Below, piece by piece: positions 56,882 to 64,000 of a DNA stretch of 64,000 nucleotides. The DNA is from an uncultured virus (IMG/VR IMGVR_UViG_3300042691_048340) (Duplodnaviria > Heunggongvirae > Uroviricota > Caudoviricetes). Made by a program: the position numbers and the translations under genes. The stretch's first letter is position 1. The number at the start of each line of letters is the position of its first letter. The stretch lies in the IMG/VR virus record IMGVR_UViG_3300042691_048340. One strand, written 5' to 3'. A model generated the notes under the pieces. It did not search any database. It saw nothing but the letters and a program-made list of their open reading frames with translations, and was not told the origin of the DNA.

Positions 56882-57054
56882 CTTCTCGGCTCGGATTCCA
56901 TCCGATCGCCTAAAGCCCTGGGATGTAGCTGCCTTTTTTTGGTAGCCTCATAGCTGTAAAACAAGGACGTGTTGGCATAGCGTTAACACCCGAGCTTGCA
57001 ATTACTCTACATAAAGGAGGGGGAAAGAAGTTGAAAGGTTTTTTTAAAAAAGTC

Positions 57055-57190
57055 TTGACATCTTAGCCGCTCGTTACTACTATATGTATAAACACGATGT
57101 GCTACGAATCGTAGCAACAAGATGTGTCTTAACATTTTTTGAATTTTTTTTAAAAAAAGTCTTGACTTCCTGTTTCCTCGATACTATTAT
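57055..57190 (+). promoter_or_regulatory. Tandem strong sigma70 promoters
   Basis: TTGACA-N17-TACTAT (57055-57083) and TTGACT-N17-TATTAT (57162-57190), both preceded by TTTTAAAAAAGTC-like tracts. Confidence 0.8.
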
Positions 57191-57247
57191 ATATGTATCG
57201 ATATGTATCGAGACGACTCGGAACGTAAACAACAAAATAGGAAATAG

Positions 57248-57556
57248 GTGAATAGAATGAAATTCTTCTTAGTCGATGTGGTCTGTATTACTTGCGCCAA
57301 AGCTCGTGAGCACTTTGACGCCGCCAAGATTGAAGCGTTATCCGATGCCATTTTGGAGTGTGATGGCTTACTAAGACCAGTGATATTGAAGGCCACCGGG
57401 CCAGAAAGCTTTGAAGTCATTGACGGATTTTTGGAGTATTGGGCAGCCGTGAGAGTTCGTGAGAAAAACCCGCGGAAAGGAGAAATGGTCAACGCAATGG
57501 TCGTCTCTCCAAAACAAGAGGCTACTATCCTAAAACAAGCCAAGCTTCTTGGCTAA
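57248..57556 (+). CDS. Stand-alone ParB/Srx-like domain
   Basis: L...IL...GLLRPVIL...FEVIDG..EYWAAV. Confidence 0.7.
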   Translation: MNRMKFFLVDVVCITCAKAREHFDAAKIEALSDAILECDGLLRPVILKATGPESFEVIDGFLEYWAAVRVREKNPRKGEMVNAMVVSPKQEATILKQAKLLG

Positions 57557-57565
57557 AAACTAAAA

Positions 57566-57590
57566 AGCCAAGTCCTTGGGGGGCTTGGCT
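57566..57590 (+). terminator. Hairpin after the ParB-like gene
   Basis: AGCCAAGTCC-TTGG-GGGCTTGGCT. Confidence 0.5.
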
Positions 57591-57622
57591 AAACACGAAA
57601 CGAATAGATAGGAGTATAGCAC

Positions 57623-58138
57623 ATGAGCACTACGAATTTGAGAAACTTTGCTTTAAACATCCAGTTCGGAGAAAAAGACAAGCTAAAGGAGCTAGCTCGC
57701 AACAATGGCACACGCATCTTATGGGATGCGTCTCTTAAAAGATGGTATTGGCGCGGAGAAAAACTTCCCGACTTTCTAGAGTCGTACTTTTACAACCCGG
57801 GGGCAGCCGAGGCTGCCCCCGGTGAAAAAACAAGGTATTACTATCTTGTTTTTTCGGAGGTCTTTCCTCGCACTTACTATCGCGTCCAGGTCGGACCTGA
57901 GACTGACCGTGCAAAGTTTTCAGTTAAAGCGAAACTTTTCCTTAAACACTATAAGGAAGACTTCCCAGGTGATACGAATGGGGCCATCTTTCGCAAATGC
58001 CTCGACGGCATGTTCGCGGCAAGCTGTTACATGCGCGTTCACGAGGGGAAGTGCTTACTTCCCGCTGTACATACACCAACTTTAACTCCGCTTGTCGATT
58101 TCTTACAAGCGGAGGTACAAGCAGAGGAGGGCATATAG
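57623..58138 (+). CDS. Hypothetical protein with DUF5710-like N-terminus
   Basis: LNIQFGEKD..K....WD...KRWY; AGGAG RBS. Confidence 0.6.
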   Translation: MSTTNLRNFALNIQFGEKDKLKELARNNGTRILWDASLKRWYWRGEKLPDFLESYFYNPGAAEAAPGEKTRYYYLVFSEVFPRTYYRVQVGPETDRAKFSVKAKLFLKHYKEDFPGDTNGAIFRKCLDGMFAASCYMRVHEGKCLLPAVHTPTLTPLVDFLQAEVQAEEGI

Positions 58139-58398
58139 TGATTACTATAAGGCTCTCTAGGGCAGAAGTAGATAAATATAAGCGTGCTGGCATATGTTTT
58201 CACGTAGTGATCGGAAACGGTCGCTGCGCAGAGCTGTGGTCATCCCACGAAAAGCCTGAGAACGTAAACGCCTGCATAGAGGCGGCTGAGCGAGCATATC
58301 CCGACTTCCGGGTCATGCTCGCTAGTTCGAGCGAGTATCAAAACCCGATGGATTTTTTAGACGCTATGTGGCCACCAGACTGGCCAGACTTAGACTAA
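58138..58398 (+). CDS. Hypothetical protein
   Basis: GTG overlapping the previous stop, GGAGG RBS. Confidence 0.55.
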   Translation: MITIRLSRAEVDKYKRAGICFHVVIGNGRCAELWSSHEKPENVNACIEAAERAYPDFRVMLASSSEYQNPMDFLDAMWPPDWPDLD

Positions 58399-58416
58399 CC
58401 CAGCTAGGAGTAACAA

Positions 58417-58818
58417 ATGTTATATTTACTTAATTCCCCTGTGTTGACCACTTACGGGCATTATCATTTCCGTGGCCCTATTACGGTGACAGACGCTCAA
58501 GCTTTTCTAACAGAAAATTTTGTCTCTGCTATTGGTCATAACAGTACAGCATATCTACTGTCGGTGTTATTAGATATCACCGTCCCGACTAATCGGGTAC
58601 GCTCCGCTGCTGAACACATGAAATCACGCTCAACCACACTTGCTTATCACCTCTCCCATATACTGAAGAACTCCTCCCTTGAGAAGGTTGAAATGCAAGC
58701 TGGCGATAAAGCATTGGTATTTCGCCTGTTAGAACGGTTAGAAGAGGGTAGAGTGTTTAGCCGTGAGGAGCTTGAGAAGTTACCATTTGAGTTAGGAATT
58801 TTGGAAAGGGTGAGCTAG
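58417..58818 (+). CDS. acrIII-1: DUF1874/AcrIII-1-family ring nuclease (anti-type III CRISPR)
   Basis: YLLNS, FVSAIGH, NR, GDKALVFRL..RL.EG motifs. Confidence 0.82.
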   Translation: MLYLLNSPVLTTYGHYHFRGPITVTDAQAFLTENFVSAIGHNSTAYLLSVLLDITVPTNRVRSAAEHMKSRSTTLAYHLSHILKNSSLEKVEMQAGDKALVFRLLERLEEGRVFSREELEKLPFELGILERVS

Positions 58819-58822
58819 TATA

Positions 58823-59011
58823 ATGGACAAGAAAATGAGCATAGTCTTTTTAGAACACTCCGACCTGCATCGAGAGTTAGATCTTGCCATGAGCCTTGTA
58901 AAAGGCAATGGCATGTTGTATGGGGGGGCTTTACCAAGGACTGGAGTTTTGCTTGAAGTACTGAAGTTCTTTAACGAGCACTACCCTCACACCCGGCGAG
59001 AAGGAGGTTAG
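58823..59011 (+). CDS. Hypothetical protein
   Basis: ORF in operon. Confidence 0.5.
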   Translation: MDKKMSIVFLEHSDLHRELDLAMSLVKGNGMLYGGALPRTGVLLEVLKFFNEHYPHTRREGG

Positions 59012-59051
59012 TGAGCCCTTTAGAAGTAAGGAGGCATCTTTTTTCACTTGA

Positions 59052-59078
59052 AGCTAGGCACTCACTAAGTGCCTAGCT
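59052..59078 (+). terminator. Hairpin
   Basis: AGCTAGGCACT-CACTA-AGTGCCTAGCT, 11-bp stem. Confidence 0.55.
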
Positions 59079-59094
59079 AACCTTTAACTTTACT

Positions 59095-59427
59095 TTGGAG
59101 TTCTTCCTAACGACCAAAGCCCTCATAACCCCCGAGTATAGCCAGGCATTATCTCAAACCGGCAGTAAACAGGTAGTACTCTACTTATACCTAACCCAAA
59201 GTGGCAAGTGGATATACTGCTCCCCCCAAGAACCCGAGTCCCCATATCCCGAATTAGAGCGTTTTGCCTTTTTTCGATATAAGATAGGCGATGTGACGGG
59301 TCATTGTATGCCGACTCTTGTTTCACTACTTTCAGATTCGAAAAATCTTAGCGATAAGTATCGCCGCCTAGTTTGGGCGAACACGCTCGCTCCGATCTTT
59401 CAGGCTATAACAGACCATACCAACTAA
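59095..59427 (+). CDS. Hypothetical protein
   Basis: ORF between two hairpins; start uncertain. Confidence 0.45.
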   Translation: MEFFLTTKALITPEYSQALSQTGSKQVVLYLYLTQSGKWIYCSPQEPESPYPELERFAFFRYKIGDVTGHCMPTLVSLLSDSKNLSDKYRRLVWANTLAPIFQAITDHTN

Positions 59428-59433
59428 AACCCC

Positions 59434-59473
59434 ATGAGTTGTTAGGTGCCTTGAAACCGGCCTAACAACTCAT
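59434..59473 (+). terminator. Hairpin
   Basis: ATGAGTTGTTAGG...CCTAACAACTCAT, 13-bp perfect stem. Confidence 0.55.
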
Positions 59474-59489
59474 ATCTAGACACCTCTTC

Positions 59490-60521
59490 ATGATTACTAA
59501 ACTCACTTTGCGCAATTTTAAAAGTATCCGTGAACAAACTTATAATTTTACTCATTTTGATTTGCTAGTGGGAACCAATAACAGTGGCAAAAGCACTCTG
59601 TTACAAGCCCTGGCGATTTGGCAGTTTTGCATTGACGAATTTGGGCGAGCTAAACGACGTGGTAAGCGGGGTGTCCAAATCGTGTTGCCTAATTTTACCG
59701 CTCTACCAGTGCCGGTGTTTAATCTACTTTGGCGGGAACGGACCGACCGTCGTAAGGGTGAAGAAAAAAAACAAGAATATATCCTAATCGAAATTGAAGT
59801 CACTTGGAAAGCACTCAATAATGAATTGCGATGTTTCACTGTCAAGTTACGCTATAATTCCCCCCAAACGATTTATGCGATTCCTGGCGAGGGGTGGACC
59901 TATTTCAACGAATTAAGAGGAGACTTAGACCGTCCTTCTCAATTGCCTATTGTTGCCTATGTTCCTCCATTTTCTGGATTGGAAGACCGTGAGGAACGCC
60001 GTGATGACGGACCTTTGCGCAAACAAGTGGGTAAAGCCCAACCAGGCAGCGTGTTAAGGAACTTATTGTTGCGAGTTTGGGATAAAGATGAACAAGGTTG
60101 GCGTGATATTCAGGAGATTGTAAAAAAATGGTTCTCAGTTGAATTAATTTCTCCGAAATACCTAGCAGGGGTAGACACCCAAATTACTTGTGAGTATAAA
60201 CAAGGAGGGAAAGCTTATGATATCATTGCTGGGGGCAGCGGCTTTCATCAGACCTTGACCCTTTTAGCTTTCCTATATGGTTATCATCCTACCACCATCC
60301 TCTTGGATGAACCAGATGCCCATCTACACGTTAATCTACAACGTAATGTTTTAGATTATTTTAGATTTTTTAATAGTAAAGCTCAAGAGAAGAATATTCA
60401 ATTTTTGATTTCTACTCATGCTGAAGAATTTATTAGGGGGGTGGAAGTTAATCAAATCATTTCACTGCTGAGTGGTGAACCTCGACGAATCAAGTCAACA
60501 CCAGAAATCCTGATAAAATGA
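59490..60521 (+). CDS. ABC/AAA ATPase (OLD/AAA_15-like), probably C-terminally truncated
   Basis: GTNNSGKST, GSGF, LDEPDAHLH, STHA; ends ~33 aa after the H-switch. Confidence 0.82.
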   Translation: MITKLTLRNFKSIREQTYNFTHFDLLVGTNNSGKSTLLQALAIWQFCIDEFGRAKRRGKRGVQIVLPNFTALPVPVFNLLWRERTDRRKGEEKKQEYILIEIEVTWKALNNELRCFTVKLRYNSPQTIYAIPGEGWTYFNELRGDLDRPSQLPIVAYVPPFSGLEDREERRDDGPLRKQVGKAQPGSVLRNLLLRVWDKDEQGWRDIQEIVKKWFSVELISPKYLAGVDTQITCEYKQGGKAYDIIAGGSGFHQTLTLLAFLYGYHPTTILLDEPDAHLHVNLQRNVLDYFRFFNSKAQEKNIQFLISTHAEEFIRGVEVNQIISLLSGEPRRIKSTPEILIK

Positions 60522-61708
60522 AAATAGAAACTATCCGTTTAAAAAATTTTAAAGCATTTAAAAACGTTGAAATTGAAAAAATCCCAAAAATGAGCGTGTT
60601 TGTTGGTGCTAATGGTACTGGGAAAACGACCCTGTTTAGTGTGTTTAGTTTCTTAAAAGATGCTTTAACTGATAATATTCAGGTGGCCCTCACTAAGCTA
60701 GGAGGCGGTAAAGGATTTCAAGAAGTCAGAAGCCGCAATTCAATAGGTCCGATCGAAATAGAATTAAAATTTCGCTTGAAACTTGAAAGTAATCAGTCCC
60801 CATTAGCTACCTATTTTTTAAAAATCGATGAGGAGGATGGGCGTCCTATCATAGAAAAAGAGATTCTCCAATATCGCCGGGGAAGTGAAGGTCAACCGTG
60901 GCGGTTTCTTGATTTTGCTAAAGGCAAGGGGCAGGCGGTGGTTAATGAACCTGATAAAGTTACCAATTCTAAAGAGTTAAGACGAGAAAAATATGAACTT
61001 AAATCTCCGGATATCCTGGCCTTGAAAGGTTTGGCCCAATTTGAAAAATTTCCGGCCAGTAAAGCAATTGGTGATTTACTTGAACGCTGGCATATTTCTG
61101 ATTTTCACATTCAGCAAGCGCGATCTGAAAGGGAATCTGGTTATGCGGAGCACCTTTCCAAAGAGGGTGAAAACTTAGCGATGGTGACAGAGTTTCTCTA
61201 TAAAAGGCAGCCTACTATTTTCAATAAAATTATTGAAAAACTGAAACAGCGCGTACCTGGTATCAGCGGAGTCGATTCCAAAATTACGGAAGAAGGGCGC
61301 ATTCTGCTTAGATTCCAGCATGGTGATTTTCAAGATCCTTTTCTGGCACGGCATGTCTCTGATGGCACTATCAAAATGTTTGCCTATTTAGTGCTTTTAT
61401 ACGACCCTAATCCCCATCCTCTGTTATGTGTAGAAGAACCAGAAAATCAGCTTTACCCTAAACTGCTGCACGAACTTGCAGAAGAGTTTAGAGATTATGC
61501 ACGCCGAGGTGGTCAAGTTTTTGTATCGACTCATTCTCCTGATTTTTTAAATGCTTGTGAACTTGAAGAAGTATTCTGGCTTACCAAAGAAAGTGGGTAC
61601 ACGGTTGTCAAACGAGCCAGTGATGATGAACAAATCAAAGCTTACATGAGCGAAGGTGACCAACTTGGCTATCTCTGGCGGCAAGGTTTTTTTGATGGGG
61701 CTGAATAG
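60518..61708 (+). CDS. ABC/AAA_21-family ATPase (defence-associated type)
   Basis: GANGTGKTT, SDGTIK, VEEPENQL, STHSP. Confidence 0.88.
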   Translation: MKIETIRLKNFKAFKNVEIEKIPKMSVFVGANGTGKTTLFSVFSFLKDALTDNIQVALTKLGGGKGFQEVRSRNSIGPIEIELKFRLKLESNQSPLATYFLKIDEEDGRPIIEKEILQYRRGSEGQPWRFLDFAKGKGQAVVNEPDKVTNSKELRREKYELKSPDILALKGLAQFEKFPASKAIGDLLERWHISDFHIQQARSERESGYAEHLSKEGENLAMVTEFLYKRQPTIFNKIIEKLKQRVPGISGVDSKITEEGRILLRFQHGDFQDPFLARHVSDGTIKMFAYLVLLYDPNPHPLLCVEEPENQLYPKLLHELAEEFRDYARRGGQVFVSTHSPDFLNACELEEVFWLTKESGYTVVKRASDDEQIKAYMSEGDQLGYLWRQGFFDGAE

Positions 61709-61777
61709 CAGCTTACTTAGATATTGAAAATACACGTTCCCGTAGTTTTGAGCACTTTCAAAGGTTGAACCTCCGCC

Positions 61778-63043
61778 TCAAACACACAAAGGTCTCGATA
61801 GACTAAGTGAGGCTAGATCGGGGCAACGGCTTATAGCAACATAAGCAAGTCTGAAGTCAAAAAGTCGCTCAGTTACGAACTTAACACGTCCTAAAGTAAG
61901 CCCTTGGGAACTATGTATCGTCATAGCATAGCCTAGTTGTATGGGGAGCTGACTAAAAGTTCCAACTGAACGGACACATACATGAGACCTCTCCTCATCC
62001 CAGTCGTACTGCCAGTTATCCCACCGGCTTTGACTAACTTTTACGCTTCTTCCGCTCTCCAGTTCCAACCAAACCCCTAGCTTCTCTAGTTCCAGAACCC
62101 TACCAAGGTCTCCATTAAAAAACTTCTTGTGTGGGTCGTTAGCAACACAGAGAACTTGCGCACCTTCTTTTAGTATGAGCTCACGAGGTGCCCTGCTAAG
62201 TTCATCTCTCCACTCACCGGTGATACTGGCGGTGTAGCTACGTTCCCTTCCCTTTAGCTTTCCTAGCTCAAGTACGTTGGTATCCCCGACTTGCTGGTTT
62301 GTAGGTGCAAGCGTTGTATAGTTTAGAAGTATGTTGTTTTGGGTATGCTCGTTGATATCAGAAACTGTCTTTTTTATAGAGCTAACTCCCTGCTTTAGAA
62401 GGAAGTTACGCATATCAGAAAGAAGGCTAAAAAAGTAGTTATCTGTATCTTGTCGCCAACTTCCTTGTAGTTCTACTATATAGCCGAGCTTATCCCATAC
62501 TTTCGAGCAACTAATAAACGAAGATGAGTAGCCTAGCTTACTTAGAGCTTCTTTTTGACTCAAGCCCGTACCTGTCTTTTTGTCATGTACAACAGGGGCT
62601 AGTTGTGCCATGTCGCCACAAAAGAGAACCGCGCACCCGCCGAATGGTAAGGCACAGTCTCTTATACGCCGCATTAGACTATCGATACAGTCTAACATTA
62701 GTGCGTTGACCATGCTTACCTCGTCGATAACTAACAACTCTAGTTTCTTGATAAGATAGGAATTTTTTATGCTAGTGCTCACTTCACTAGGTTTTTGCAA
62801 GTGTGGTGGGAACCTAAAAAAACTATGGATAGTTTGTCCAGCGACGTTAAATGCTGCTATGCCTGTAGGAGCCAGGATAGCCACATCACGAAACAGTTTG
62901 ACTACCCGTTTAAGCAAGTAAGTTTTACCACTCCCAGCCCCTCCCGTTAAAAATACTAGTTGAGAACTTTTTAAAAGTTGAACTAGTAGCTCTTCAGTAA
63001 GAGCACTATCTTCTTTTTTTACTTGTATGAACTTAGTCATCAC
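61778..63043 (-). CDS. PIF1/RecD-like SF1B helicase
   Basis: GGAGSGKT, APTGIAA, IDEVSM, GDMAQL, TIHSSQGLT, YVAISR. Confidence 0.9.
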   Translation of the reverse strand: MMTKFIQVKKEDSALTEELLVQLLKSSQLVFLTGGAGSGKTYLLKRVVKLFRDVAILAPTGIAAFNVAGQTIHSFFRFPPHLQKPSEVSTSIKNSYLIKKLELLVIDEVSMVNALMLDCIDSLMRRIRDCALPFGGCAVLFCGDMAQLAPVVHDKKTGTGLSQKEALSKLGYSSSFISCSKVWDKLGYIVELQGSWRQDTDNYFFSLLSDMRNFLLKQGVSSIKKTVSDINEHTQNNILLNYTTLAPTNQQVGDTNVLELGKLKGRERSYTASITGEWRDELSRAPRELILKEGAQVLCVANDPHKKFFNGDLGRVLELEKLGVWLELESGRSVKVSQSRWDNWQYDWDEERSHVCVRSVGTFSQLPIQLGYAMTIHSSQGLTLGRVKFVTERLFDFRLAYVAISRCPDLASLSLSRPLCV

Positions 63044-63398
63044 TGTATTGTCCCACTATGTAGTACTTTAGCGGGTATGAGCACACCAGCCCCTTTATAT
63101 TTCTGTATGCCGTGACATTATGATACTTGTTGGTCTGACCGCCGGCAGCACACATCCTTAGCTCCAGTCTTTCGATAAACTCAAACTCAGGTACGCTCTC
63201 CTTACTTCCTTTGAAGTAGCGGGTTATGAGCCCTAGTATAGTGGTTAGTTTTTTGTCGCGAAACAAGTCAGAGTCTTGCAACTCTTTGGCTATTTTTTCT
63301 GCATACACTAGTTCCCCTGTCTGCAAGGATGAGAAGTGCTTGAGCAAGCACTTATGGATGCTTTTGTAAAGATGATTTACATGGATTCTTCTTTTCAT
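63033..63398 (-). CDS. Hypothetical protein
   Basis: ORF with GAGGGG RBS, overlapping the helicase start. Confidence 0.55.
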   Translation of the reverse strand: MKRRIHVNHLYKSIHKCLLKHFSSLQTGELVYAEKIAKELQDSDLFRDKKLTTILGLITRYFKGSKESVPEFEFIERLELRMCAAGGQTNKYHNVTAYRNIKGLVCSYPLKYYIVGQYSDD

Positions 63399-63572
63399 AT
63401 ATGCCCCTCATATGTTTTCAGTAAAAACTAGAACATTATATCATTTTTTTCTAAAAATAATAGAATGCCAGTCCTGGAAACATCTATTCTCACCTTAAGT
63501 ATTGATATCACTTGAGGACGTGCGTAATATACGCTAATACAGTGAAAATAGGCTCTTAGCAGGTGGAAAAAT

Positions 63573-64000
63573 ATGAGTACAGATAGCACGATGGTTGTCA
63601 GTATCAAGTTTATAGCTGATACGGGTGATGCAACAAAAGCGAACAATGAGTTAATCGAGTCTCTAAAAAGTATAGCCGAGTCTATCAGAGGTACAGCAAA
63701 CCGTGCCGCAAGTGCATCTACTGCAGCCGTTAGCGGTGCTAAAGAAGCAACAAGCGCATATAAGCAAACTGCCGAAGAAGTTAAAAAACAAGGCGGCTTA
63801 CTGAGTGGTATAAGAGAAAAAATCGCGGAAGTAAATAAGAGTTTAAAAGAGTTTGGTGAAAGTATTGCAAACAAAATCAAATCTTTAAAGGATTTAGCGT
63901 TGGGCTTTAATGCTCTCAAAGAGGCTGCATCTACGTTCCTAGATCCGCTTGCAGAAGCACTTGAAAAAGTTATCGATCAAGGCATCGAGTTTAGTGCTCA
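63573..64000 (+). CDS. Tape measure protein, N-terminus (runs off the window end)
   Basis: Manual translation MSTDSTMVVSIKFIADT..., Ala/Lys-rich helical, no stop to 64000. Confidence 0.65.
   Translation, partial: MSTDSTMVVSIKFIADTGDATKANNELIESLKSIAESIRGTANRAASASTAAVSGAKEATSAYKQTAEEVKKQGGLLSGIREKIAEVNKSLKEFGESIANKIKSLKDLALGFNALKEAASTFLDPLAEALEKVIDQGIEFSA

Noticed and set aside
59434..59473. Integron attC-like cassette sites explaining gene capture
   Set aside because: Hairpins lack RYYYAAC/GTTRRRY ends and no integron integrase is present
63428..63919. 163-aa minus-strand ORF
   Set aside because: Antisense shadow of the tape-measure-like gene on the + strand

Overview
The whole window reads as part of a large, mosaic tailed-phage genome, probably a phage-plasmid: it has a ParM/ParR partition pair, FtsK and a candidate origin, and no integrase or Mu transposase is visible. 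Structural genes include a Mu-like protease, portal, gpF, gp36 and G protein, a lambda-E-like capsid, a PBSX-type terminase, two tail-tube paralogues, a -1 frameshifting tail chaperone and the start of a tape measure gene, scattered over several blocks. Replication and recombination genes include a D5-type helicase, CHC2-TOPRIM primase, RecE-like exonuclease, Rad52/Sak, SSB, DnaN, PIF1 helicase, class II RNR and PduO. The standout is an array-less type IV-B-like Cas operon (csf1, cas11-like, csf2, csf3) with QueC and a TGT-like gene nested inside it and no cysH-like gene, next to a divergent, hairpin-dense ~450-nt non-coding region. The element also carries an AcrIII-1-family ring nuclease and many host-like, often truncated defence genes: a split nuclease-less type ISP/IIG methylase with a TA pair inside, three orphan ABC/AAA ATPases and a truncated nuclease-fold protein. 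All product calls are by-eye motif recognition; no database searches or folding computations were run.
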